Assembly: GCA_043821645.1 (NCBI GenBank)
Contig: JBDRCO010000023.1
Location: forward strand, 128,001 to 192,000
From: Pseudomonadota bacterium
GTDB lineage: Bacteria; Myxococcota; JACRCW01; JAFGSX01
DNA length: 64,000 nt
Direction of reading: 5' to 3'
In this document: positions 28,850 to 37,572 of the stretch, piece after piece
Layout of the letters: each line of letters begins with the position of its first letter
How positions within the stretch are numbered: the stretch's first letter is position 1
Program-made: the position numbers and the translations under genes
The notes under the pieces: model-generated
Seen by the model: only the letters and a program-made list of their open reading frames with translations
What the model was told of the DNA's origin: nothing
The model's database searches: none

Positions 28850-29065
28850 GGCGGGCTCAAGCTCCCTTCCAGAAACAAGTTCTCCCCGCGACAGCAGCGC
28901 CGGGACACACTCCCCTCCGTCGAGAATCGAACGCAGGGCCAAGGCCCGTCAACGTATTTCCCTCTTTCGGTGCAGCTGCACCCCGCTTCTGATCCACCCT
29001 GGCGCAGAGTGCCCGCAGGAGGCTCCGGTCCACGCGATGGCCCCTGCTTTTTTCTGCAACGGCGC

Positions 29066-29081
29066 TGGCACGACTCTCGCT
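29066..29081 (+). promoter_or_regulatory. sigma54 (-24/-12) promoter candidate
   Basis: TGGCACGACTCTCGCT, with correct GG-N10-GC spacing, upstream of the 29208 operon. Confidence 0.7.
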
Positions 29082-29207
29082 TCACCTGAATGCGAGGACA
29101 GCAGGAGAGCCGACAGCATCGTCGTCCTCCTGGCGAGGCGCCGCGAGTCTGGAGCGCCTGTCCCGCACAGCGCGCGCTCGACCTGGGTCGACGCCGAGGA
29201 GGATGCC

Positions 29208-29546
29208 ATGTCGCAAACCCTGACAACCCTGGAGCCTATGATCGCTGGCCTGGTTCGCGCGATCTGCACGTGCTGCACCGAGGCGCAGCCGTTGACAGGT
29301 CACCCCGACCTCGACGCCACACAGCTTCTCTGTCCCTCGACACGCTTGACCTACCTCGACCGTGGCGACGGCCTGTTCGAGCCCGATGGGGGACAGTTCA
29401 GCGTGACGGTCGTGCCTACCCAGGGAGCCACCGCGCAGACCGGCGCCGAACCCGATGTGCTGAGCGATAGACCGCGACGCACAGGCAGCAAGGTCAGGAT
29501 CGAGCTGGAACGCGCGACCTTTGCTGGTTTCCGCCGCGCGCGCTGA
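29208..29546 (+). CDS. Small CxCC Zn-binding hypothetical protein (112 aa)
   Basis: GAGGAGG RBS and a CTCC-x18-C motif. First gene of the E2-JAB-E1 operon. Confidence 0.75.
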   Translation: MSQTLTTLEPMIAGLVRAICTCCTEAQPLTGHPDLDATQLLCPSTRLTYLDRGDGLFEPDGGQFSVTVVPTQGATAQTGAEPDVLSDRPRRTGSKVRIELERATFAGFRRAR

Positions 29547-29573
29547 AGACCCCATCGGGGTGAGGAGGACGCC

Positions 29574-30284
29574 ATGGCCGACAAGCTGACCCAGCTCTTC
29601 CCGCGCCGCGTCGACGGGCAGATCACACACCGGACCTGGAGCGTGGACCTGGGCACGGCGCTTCACGTCAACGACCTCGGGGATGGCGGTGGGAGCAGAC
29701 TCCATCGTGAGGTGCAAGAGATGGCCGAGCACTTGCCTCGCTGGGTGCTCACCGTCGCCGAGAACAGCCAGCGGATACCCTGCCCCTCCTGTGGCGGCGT
29801 CCTAGTATTCGACCGGGGAATCCGCTGTGCCGAGTGCGAGCGGGCGCTGGCCAGCCGGCAGATCAAGCGCGGCTTCCTGCTGGCATGGTTCGGGCTGATG
29901 CCGCCCATCGGCATTGACGGTCTGGGCCGGCTCAAGGCTGCGGTGATCAAGCGCGCCCCGCCCCAGCACGTCGTCGGACAGCAGGCTGGAATCGGCCACT
30001 TCTTGCTGGTACCCCTGACCGCGATCTACCCGCCGGGTTTTCCGCACCGCCAGGTCAAGGTGGCCTACCTGCCGGGCTTCTTCAGCATGCCGGGTGTCCC
30101 GTCGACAGGCATGCGTCACGACATCCACATGCTGGACCAGGGTTTCATGTGTCTTTTCGCCGGAGGCCAGTGGCAACCCGAGATGAGTTGCCGCGAGGTG
30201 CTGCAGCAGCGCGCCTACGCGCACGTGGTCAAGCTTCTCAATTTCGGCAATGGCAAGAAGAACGCCTTTGCCAAGGTGAGCTGA
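29574..30284 (+). CDS. Prokaryotic E2/UBC-like protein with inserted Zn ribbon
   Basis: RLHREVQEM helix, W.G strand, IYPPGFPH, H-x6-MCLF (putative catalytic Cys) and W.P. The CPSC...CAEC ribbon is an insertion. Confidence 0.75.
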   Translation: MADKLTQLFPRRVDGQITHRTWSVDLGTALHVNDLGDGGGSRLHREVQEMAEHLPRWVLTVAENSQRIPCPSCGGVLVFDRGIRCAECERALASRQIKRGFLLAWFGLMPPIGIDGLGRLKAAVIKRAPPQHVVGQQAGIGHFLLVPLTAIYPPGFPHRQVKVAYLPGFFSMPGVPSTGMRHDIHMLDQGFMCLFAGGQWQPEMSCREVLQQRAYAHVVKLLNFGNGKKNAFAKVS

Positions 30285-31186
30285 TGCGTGCTCTGCCGCG
30301 AATGGAGATCGGGCGCCAGGTGTGGCGGCGCGTGGCGCGCGAACTGGACCGGGTTGCACCCGCCGAAGGGCTGGCCGTGCCCCTGCTCGCGCTGACACCG
30401 CGGGATGTGCAACGCAATCCGTGCACGACACTGCGCCTGGAAGATCTCGAAGTGGTCACCATTGCCCGTGCGGTTCTCGTGCCGCCCGAGCTCCAGCGCA
30501 ACCACCTGATGAGCGTGCGCGCACTGGGCAGTGCTGACGAGCGTGTCAATCGGGAGGTGGTCGGACTCGGACTTCGCTATCCCAGGCTACGGCCCGCTGG
30601 CCACCTTCACTCGCACCCCTTTGCCCGGGGGAACACCTGGCCGTCGAGCGGCCTCAGCGGGGATATCGACGGCCACATGCGGCCCCTGCTGGTGCACAAC
30701 AGCGACGCGGGCGTCGAGGTCAGCTTCAGCTTCATCGCCTGCCGCGATCAAACAGGCCAGAGCTGGGTACTGCAGGCCTTCTCCCTGGATGGCTCCGGGC
30801 AGGTGCACGACCTTGGCCCCTGCCAGGTCGTCGAGGATGAGGCACTGATCGCGCGCGGTCTCTTCACGCCAGGGACGGAGCGTCAGCCCTTGCTGCGAGG
30901 TCTCTGGCAATGCTGGGTCAGGGACCTGAGACGGCAGGGGTGGGCCTGCCGCTGCGCCACGCTCCTCGAAGGCTGGCAACGCTGCATCGTCGAGATGGGT
31001 CAGGGTCTGTGCGCCGTGTTCCTGCTCCCGATCGACTTCCCGGACCGGCCATGCCAGGTCCACGTGGTCATGGCGGGTTCCTCGCGGAGTGAGCGCTTTT
31101 TCACGCCTCACCTGCGGAGTCTGGACACCGATGCCTGGGTGCGGGTCGCCCTGGAAGTGGAGGTTGCCTGCCGTGCCGCAGCATGA
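30284..31186 (+). CDS. JAB/MPN metallopeptidase with C-terminal E2/RWD-like segment
   Basis: N-terminal E, HSHP...PS...D JAMM motif and C-terminal LPIDFPDRP. TGATG coupling with the upstream gene. Confidence 0.8.
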   Translation: MRALPRMEIGRQVWRRVARELDRVAPAEGLAVPLLALTPRDVQRNPCTTLRLEDLEVVTIARAVLVPPELQRNHLMSVRALGSADERVNREVVGLGLRYPRLRPAGHLHSHPFARGNTWPSSGLSGDIDGHMRPLLVHNSDAGVEVSFSFIACRDQTGQSWVLQAFSLDGSGQVHDLGPCQVVEDEALIARGLFTPGTERQPLLRGLWQCWVRDLRRQGWACRCATLLEGWQRCIVEMGQGLCAVFLLPIDFPDRPCQVHVVMAGSSRSERFFTPHLRSLDTDAWVRVALEVEVACRAAA

Positions 31187-32657
31187 CGACTACTTCGCCC
31201 GGGTTCGCCCCCTCCTCGGGGAGGGTCTTGCCAGGATGTGCATCGACGTCGACGACCTGTCCCTGTGCAGCAAGACCATCGCGCTGCTCGGCTCGTGCAT
31301 GCTGGGGTCCGTTCACGTCCGGGACACCCAGGAGGTGGCCAGATGGCCCCTCGTCGAACGGGCGCGATCCCCCTCGCCCGGTGCCGCACTCCCGCGTGCC
31401 ATCGACGTGCTGAAGACCGCTCTGGAGTGGAACAACCCGCAACACGCGGTGCATCTCGACGGAGATCCCGCATCGTCCATCCATCTTCGAGGGCAGCGCA
31501 CCGCAGCCGGGGGGACCTGTGCCGTGCACTGGGACCCCGAGGCTCGACGCTACACCCTGCTCGTTCCGGAAAAGGACACCTGGTCCTGGCACCTGGCCTC
31601 TTACCTGTCTGCCCTGGACCTCCGGGATCACCTTCTAAAAAGGCGAATCCTTCCCCCCGGGACACGTCACCTCGGACATCCATCCTGGCCCTTTGCGCAG
31701 TCCAGCGCGCCCGTGCCGTCGTGGTGGGGACCCCAGCTCCGCACCCAGACAGGCCATGTGATGGTGGTCGGCCTGGGCAGCGTGGGCAGCGAAGTGTTAC
31801 GGACCCTGTCGGGCGCCCCGCTGCGCTTCACCCTGGTCGACGACGGACACGTGAGCGCCTTCAATCTGGTCCGGCAGTGGTTCGGGGCCGAGGAGATCGG
31901 AGAGCACAAGGTCGAGGCGTTGGCCTCGCGCGTCGGTCGAGATCGTTGCCACGCCGTTCCGCTGGCGCTCGGACAGGGCAACCGGGTCCAGTTGCATCAG
32001 CTCCTTGACGAAGACAGACCTGATCTGGTGGTGCTGTCGACGGGAACCCATGATCACAGTGCCCTGGCCGCGGAACTGTGGCGCGCAAAAATTCCGCACG
32101 TGGTGGCCTGTGCCTATCCCCAAGCCCGTTTCTTTGAACTCAACCTGGTCGACCCGGTCGCTGGCACACCCTGCCTGCACTGCTTCCGCGGCCGGCTGTT
32201 CGCCGGACCCGCCAGCGCGCCTGTGGTGGCGGACGAACTATCGCGATTTCTGTATCGCTCCGTCGACGACGCCGAGCGCGATCGGCTGTACACGGACCTC
32301 GTGGCGGAACCTGCTTCGCGCATCGAGACCTCGCGCATCGCGGATCTGGCGGCGCTGGCCGCAGCCGAACTGCTGCTGCCGCGGCAGCTCCGAAGTCCGT
32401 GGGTCGAACGGTGCTTCGACGAGGACACCACCTGCCTGCTCGGTGGCAATACCGTGGCCACCGTCGACTCGGGCGAGGTCGCCTATGGCATCTCCACTCC
32501 CGGGCAGGTGATTCGCCTGGGACTCGATGACGTCGTGGGCAGCGCTGAAATCCAGCACTGCGAGGTATGCGGCCGGACCCTCGAGACCGCACACCGGCTG
32601 CACTGGGACGAGGCTGCTCCCGGGTGCGTCGACGAGGCCCTTCTCGCTGCAGGGTGA
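31173..32657 (+). CDS. E1/ThiF-family adenylyltransferase
   Basis: VVGLGSVGS, LVDDG.V...NLVRQ, K, PCLHC and CEVC motifs. GTG start after GGAGG, overlapping the JAB gene end. Confidence 0.88.
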   Translation: MPQHDDYFARVRPLLGEGLARMCIDVDDLSLCSKTIALLGSCMLGSVHVRDTQEVARWPLVERARSPSPGAALPRAIDVLKTALEWNNPQHAVHLDGDPASSIHLRGQRTAAGGTCAVHWDPEARRYTLLVPEKDTWSWHLASYLSALDLRDHLLKRRILPPGTRHLGHPSWPFAQSSAPVPSWWGPQLRTQTGHVMVVGLGSVGSEVLRTLSGAPLRFTLVDDGHVSAFNLVRQWFGAEEIGEHKVEALASRVGRDRCHAVPLALGQGNRVQLHQLLDEDRPDLVVLSTGTHDHSALAAELWRAKIPHVVACAYPQARFFELNLVDPVAGTPCLHCFRGRLFAGPASAPVVADELSRFLYRSVDDAERDRLYTDLVAEPASRIETSRIADLAALAAAELLLPRQLRSPWVERCFDEDTTCLLGGNTVATVDSGEVAYGISTPGQVIRLGLDDVVGSAEIQHCEVCGRTLETAHRLHWDEAAPGCVDEALLAAG

Positions 32658-32675
32658 GACCACCTCGAGCGGGCG

Positions 32676-33983
32676 TCAGGAAACGGCCAGCCCCAGCGCG
32701 CCTTCGATGGCGCCCAGGTCGGCGGCGACCTCGACGATGGGGTTGGGCTGCGATGGCGTGAGTCCGGCCAGGCGGTCCGTGTGAAAGTCCACTCCGACCT
32801 GCGAAAACTTGGCTCCGTGCGCGGTCAGGATGACGACCACGCTCTGTCCATCGTCGATGATCTTCTGTGCCCGCAGGGTACGCAGGCCAGCCAGGGCCAC
32901 GCCTGAGTTCGGGCACACGGCGATTCCCGCACGATCGGCCAGGGCCTTGGCGTCCATCAACTCCTGCTCGCTGACCTCCTCGACCACGCCGTCAAACTCG
33001 CGCACCACTTTCTTGGCCTTGTGGTGGCTGACCGGTGCTCCGATGCGGATGGCCGAAGCCAGGGTGGGCTGTGCCGTGACCGTGACCATCTCGGAGAAGT
33101 CCTTCTGGTAGCTGCGGTAGAACGGATCCGCCGCCGCGGCCTGGATACCTGCAATGCGCGGCAAGCGATCGATGATGCCGAGCGCATGCGCCTCGCGCAG
33201 CCCCTTGCCCAGTGCGCTGATGTTACCTGCATTGCCCACCGGGATGACGAACCAGTCCGGGACCTGCCAGCCCAGCTGCTGGATGGCCTCGATACCGATG
33301 GATTTCTGGCCTTCGATGCGAAAGCTGTTCATCGAATTGAGCAGGTACACCGGATGGCGTTCGCAGATCTTCTGCACCAGGCGCATGCAGCCATCGAAGT
33401 CGGTATCCACAGCGAGGGTGGTGGCACCGTAGCTGATGGCCTGGCTGAGCTGCTCAGGGCTGACCTTGTTGGCGGGCAAGAACACCACGCCGCGCATGCC
33501 CTCGACTTGCGCCGCATAGGCAGCCATCGCCGCCGAGGTATCGCCCGTCGAGGCACAGGCCACCACAGGCCGGCCAAGGTGGTGAGCCCAGCTCACGCCC
33601 GCGGTCATGCCCCGGTCTTTGAAAGACAAGGTCGGATTCTCACCCTCGTGCTTGAGGTACAGCCTCTCTGTTGCGAAGGCGCGTGACAGCTTGGGTGTTC
33701 GATACAGGTTGGTGTTGCCCTCGGGCTTGCTCACCACCTGTTCAATGGGCAACTCGGGCAGGATCAACTCGTGGTAGCGCCACACTCCCGACACGTACGG
33801 CCACGCGCGCGTTCCGACACGCTCGTCGAAGCGTGCGCGAAGTTCCGGGTGGGCATGGCGCAGGCGTTCGAGATCGTGAACCACCTCGAGAAGCTCGCCG
33901 CAGTCACAGCGATAGCGCACCTCGTGCGTGTCATAGCTGCGTGCGCAGGCGATGCAGCGCAGGATCGACAGGCCACTGCTCAT
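32676..33983 (-). CDS. thrC: Threonine synthase
   Basis: EGNT, NPTLSFKDRG, CASTGDTS and PVGNAGN motifs. ATGA overlap with thrB. Confidence 0.95.
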   Translation of the reverse strand: MSSGLSILRCIACARSYDTHEVRYRCDCGELLEVVHDLERLRHAHPELRARFDERVGTRAWPYVSGVWRYHELILPELPIEQVVSKPEGNTNLYRTPKLSRAFATERLYLKHEGENPTLSFKDRGMTAGVSWAHHLGRPVVACASTGDTSAAMAAYAAQVEGMRGVVFLPANKVSPEQLSQAISYGATTLAVDTDFDGCMRLVQKICERHPVYLLNSMNSFRIEGQKSIGIEAIQQLGWQVPDWFVIPVGNAGNISALGKGLREAHALGIIDRLPRIAGIQAAAADPFYRSYQKDFSEMVTVTAQPTLASAIRIGAPVSHHKAKKVVREFDGVVEEVSEQELMDAKALADRAGIAVCPNSGVALAGLRTLRAQKIIDDGQSVVVILTAHGAKFSQVGVDFHTDRLAGLTPSQPNPIVEVAADLGAIEGALGLAVS

Positions 33984-34942
33984 AGGCGTCGCGCTCCATC
34001 GAGACTCAGGCGGGTGACGTGATGCTGACAGCTCAGACCGCGGGCTTTGCAGATCTGTGCCATGGCCAGCGCGGTGCGAGCCGCGCTCTCCGCGTCGAGG
34101 GTCAGCGCGAACAGGGTGGGCCCCGAGCCACTGATGGAGAAGGCCAGGGCTCCAGCCTCCAGCGCCGCGTCGCGACACGCGCCATGGTGCGGGATGAGCG
34201 TCGCCCGACAGGGCTCGACGATGCGGTCCGTGAGGGCGACCCGCAGCAGTTCGGCGTCGCCGGTGCACAGGGCCGCCACCACGGCGGCAGCATTGCTCCA
34301 CGTCGCCACCGCGTCGCTCAGGCTCACCTGGGCCGGCAAGATCTCCCGCGCCGCACGGGTCGAGATCTCGATGTCTGCACTCAGCAGCGCCACGTGCAGC
34401 TCCAGCTTCGGCTCCAGTCTGACGACCCTTAAGGGGTCGTTGCTCTGCACCACCGTGAAAGCCCCCAGCAAGCAGGGCGCCACGTTATCGGCGTGGCGGC
34501 TTCCGGAGGCCAGGACCTCGCCGTCGAGGGCAGCCTCGAGAACAGCTTGTGGCGAGAACCGCTCCCCGGTGATCTCGCAGCGCAGCAGCATGGCAGCGAG
34601 GGCTCCAGCGACGGCGCTGGCAGCGCTGGAGCCGAGGCCAGAGCACAGGGGCAAGCCCTTCTCGACGATGAGTTCCAGTCCGGCTTGCTGTAGGGCGTCG
34701 ATGCTCCACACGGAGACGGCAGCACGGCTCGCGGTGTTGGCCAGGACCTCGCGCGGCAACGCGCCCCCGTCTCCGGTCACGTCGACGAGGTGCACGCCGG
34801 GTCTGTCGACGATGCGTGCGCGCACGCGATCCCCCAGACCCTCGACGGCGAAGCCGAAGCAATCGTAGCCGGGCCCCACGTTGGCCACCGTCGCTGGCGC
34901 GAAGACCTGTATCCACCCATGAGCCGTCGGAGCCTGGGTCAT
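33980..34942 (-). CDS. thrB: Homoserine kinase
   Basis: PATVANVGPGYD, GLGSSAAS, HADNVAP and SGSGPT motifs. Confidence 0.96.
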   Translation of the reverse strand: MTQAPTAHGWIQVFAPATVANVGPGYDCFGFAVEGLGDRVRARIVDRPGVHLVDVTGDGGALPREVLANTASRAAVSVWSIDALQQAGLELIVEKGLPLCSGLGSSAASAVAGALAAMLLRCEITGERFSPQAVLEAALDGEVLASGSRHADNVAPCLLGAFTVVQSNDPLRVVRLEPKLELHVALLSADIEISTRAAREILPAQVSLSDAVATWSNAAAVVAALCTGDAELLRVALTDRIVEPCRATLIPHHGACRDAALEAGALAFSISGSGPTLFALTLDAESAARTALAMAQICKARGLSCQHHVTRLSLDGARRL

Positions 34943-37407
34943 GTGCGCCTCGCGATCTTGAGGATGTCCCCGAACACCCCCGCCGAGGTGACCTCGGCTC
35001 CTGCTCCAGGCCCGCGGATGATCAAGGGGTTCTCGCGGTAGCGCTCAGTGCGGTAGATGACGATGTTGTCCGGGCCACTGAGCTGACCCAGGGCGCTCCC
35101 GGTATCCACCTCGCTCAGTCCAACCTTGACGCCACTGGCGCCGATCTCCGCGGTGTAGCGCAAGACCTTGCCGCGCTGCCTGGCCCTTTCCACACGCGTG
35201 GCGAAGCTCGAGTCGAGGGAGGGCAGATGGCGCATGAAGCTCTCGACGTCGGGCAGGGCCATGGCCTCGGCCGGAAGCATGCCCTCGAGCTGTACCTGCG
35301 ACATCTCCAGGTCGAGGCCAAGCTCGCGGGCGATGATCAGAGCCTTGCGCGCAACGTCCAGGCCACTGAGATCGTCCCGCGGGTCGGGCTCGGTGTAGCC
35401 CTTCTCCTTGGCCGTCACCACGATCTCGCTCAGCGGGCGTCCCGCCTGCAGGCCACTGCAGACAAAGCCCAGCGTGCCCGAGAAGCAGCCCACGATGCCC
35501 TCGACGCGGTCGCAGGTGGCGAGCAGGTCCTGCAGGGTGAACAGCACCGGCAGCCCGGCTCCGAATGTGGTTTCGTGGTGGTAGCCCACACCCTGCTCCA
35601 GGGCGGTGCGCCGGATCTGGTGATACAGCGACAACTCCCCGGACAGGGGTTTCTTGTTGGCCGTGACCACGTGCAGTCCCCGTTGCAGGGCCGCCAGGTG
35701 CAAGGGCCCGGTCTCCTCGGCGGTGATGTCGACCAGCACGGTATCCAGGCGCCGCTCCCGGGACAGTGCATCAAGGAGCGCGGTGTCGTCGGGCCGCCCG
35801 CTACCCCCCAGGCTCTCGAGCGCCTCGCCCGCCGCCACGCGCCGCAGGGTCTCGTCGGGGATGCCCGCAGGCTGGTGCAGCCAGCTCGACCTCCCGGCCA
35901 CCCCCACCACCTTGAGCGACAGCCCGTGTTCCCGGAGCAGCCGGTCGCGCGCCTCGACGAGCTGCCGGAGCAGGGTGCGCCCGATGAGACCCTTTCCCAG
36001 GAGGAACACGTGGGTGTCGTGGGTCAGGCCGAAGGCCGTGTGCACGGCGCCCACAGCGCGATGCAGGTCTGCCTGCGCGACCACCACGGACACGTTGAGC
36101 TCACTGGAGCCCTGGGCAATGGCCAGGACGTTGATGCGCGCGCGCCCGAGGGCACTGAACAGTTTCTGACTGATGCCAGGCGTGCCCCTCATGCCCTCGC
36201 CGATGATGGCCAAGATCGCGACCTCGGTCTTGACGTCGATGCGATCGATGCGGCGCCGGCTCAGTTCAAGCTCGAATTCCTGCGAGAGCTCCTCGCGGGC
36301 ACGTTTACCGTCGTCCCGACGCACCAGGAAGCTGATGTTCTGCTCACTGGAGGCCTGGGAGATCATGAGCACGTTGATCCCGGCGCGGGCGGTGGCGCTG
36401 AACACGCGCCCGACCACTCCCGGTACGCCGATCATGCCACGGCCCTCGACGGTGACCAGAGCCATGTCCGAGATCGAGGTGACGGTCTTGACCCCGCCTG
36501 CGGTCTCGTCACGCTGTCCCGTGATGCGCGTGCCCGCGACCTCGGGCCGCAGGCTGTTTCGAATACGCAGGGGGATGTTCGCGCGCACCGCCGGCGTCAT
36601 GGTGCTCGGGTGCAGCACCTTGCTGCCAAAGTAGGCCATCTCCGCGGCCTCGCGGTAGGTGATGACGTCGAGGATGCGGGCCTCGGGCACGACCCTCGGA
36701 TCCGCGGTCATCACGCCGTCAACGTCCGTCCAGATCCAGATCTCCCTGGCGTCCAGGTAAGCCCCGATGAGCGACGCGCTGTAGTCGCTGCCGCCGCGCC
36801 CCAGGGTCGTGGTCAAGCCATCGACAGTCGCCGCGATGAAGCCCGTGACGACGGGGACACCGGACTGCGCCAGGCTGAGCAGCCGCTCCCTCGCCACCAC
36901 GCGACTGTGCTCGTGATCCACCACGGCCCGGCCAAAACTGGCGTCCGTGCGCAGGATCTCGCGGGCGTCCACCGCCTCCGAGTTCGCTCCGGCGCGCCGC
37001 AGGGCTGCCGCGAACAGAGGTGCGGCCAGGCGCTCGCCAAAGGACTGGATGAGGTCCAGGGAGCGCGGTGTGAGTTCCTGCAACAGCCGCACGCCATGCA
37101 GAAGCTGCTCCAGATCGAGGATCAGGCCAGTCACCGACGACAGGAGGGACTCCCGGCTGGCGCCCTGGTCCGTCAGTTCTTCCGCGGCCTGCAGATGGCG
37201 TCGCTTGAGCTGCGACTGACGGCTCTCGACCTCCCCTGTCCGGCGCTCGCTGGCCAGTCCAGCAAGGGCGATGAGCTCGTCGGTGACTCCGGCCATGGCC
37301 GAGGTCACCACCACCGCCGGTTGACCGGCCAGCAGGACTTGCTTGGCCGCGCCCAGCAAGCGCGTGGCATCGGCCACCGAGGTTCCACCGAACTTGTGCA
37401 CCAGCAT
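34939..37407 (-). CDS. thrA: Bifunctional aspartokinase/homoserine dehydrogenase
   Basis: KFGGTSV, GRGGSDYSA, ACT domains, G.G.IG, VTANKK and YTEPDPRDDL motifs. Start trimmed to ATG 37407. Confidence 0.96.
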   Translation of the reverse strand: MLVHKFGGTSVADATRLLGAAKQVLLAGQPAVVVTSAMAGVTDELIALAGLASERRTGEVESRQSQLKRRHLQAAEELTDQGASRESLLSSVTGLILDLEQLLHGVRLLQELTPRSLDLIQSFGERLAAPLFAAALRRAGANSEAVDAREILRTDASFGRAVVDHEHSRVVARERLLSLAQSGVPVVTGFIAATVDGLTTTLGRGGSDYSASLIGAYLDAREIWIWTDVDGVMTADPRVVPEARILDVITYREAAEMAYFGSKVLHPSTMTPAVRANIPLRIRNSLRPEVAGTRITGQRDETAGGVKTVTSISDMALVTVEGRGMIGVPGVVGRVFSATARAGINVLMISQASSEQNISFLVRRDDGKRAREELSQEFELELSRRRIDRIDVKTEVAILAIIGEGMRGTPGISQKLFSALGRARINVLAIAQGSSELNVSVVVAQADLHRAVGAVHTAFGLTHDTHVFLLGKGLIGRTLLRQLVEARDRLLREHGLSLKVVGVAGRSSWLHQPAGIPDETLRRVAAGEALESLGGSGRPDDTALLDALSRERRLDTVLVDITAEETGPLHLAALQRGLHVVTANKKPLSGELSLYHQIRRTALEQGVGYHHETTFGAGLPVLFTLQDLLATCDRVEGIVGCFSGTLGFVCSGLQAGRPLSEIVVTAKEKGYTEPDPRDDLSGLDVARKALIIARELGLDLEMSQVQLEGMLPAEAMALPDVESFMRHLPSLDSSFATRVERARQRGKVLRYTAEIGASGVKVGLSEVDTGSALGQLSGPDNIVIYRTERYRENPLIIRGPGAGAEVTSAGVFGDILKIARRT

Positions 37408-37572
37408 GATTGGACCTCGCCAGTCGAGAGGCGTCGCACCACCCTCAGGCGGTTCCGATTCGTGAAGGCTGATAACATCCTCTCGTGCACTGCATGTCCA
37501 CAGGCCCTGCACGGCATCCGCAGAGTTCTGGTCGGAGTCGCCTGCTCCCACATGGTACCTTCGCACAGGGCT

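Noticed and set aside
29574-32657. Thiamine/molybdopterin sulfur-carrier pathway or CBASS/Pycsar
   Set aside because: No ThiS/MoaD, thi or moa genes and no CD-NTase or cyclase lie in the operon.
34816-37407. 1035-aa plus-strand ORF opposite thrA, and similar long antisense ORFs opposite hprK, the NuoF-like gene, the kinases and the porin
   Set aside because: These are high-GC shadow frames without motifs that overlap well-supported genes.
37408-37572. Thr/Ile attenuator or riboswitch upstream of thrA
   Set aside because: I found no Thr-rich leader peptide, no terminator with a U tract and no recognisable lysine/SAM aptamer consensus.
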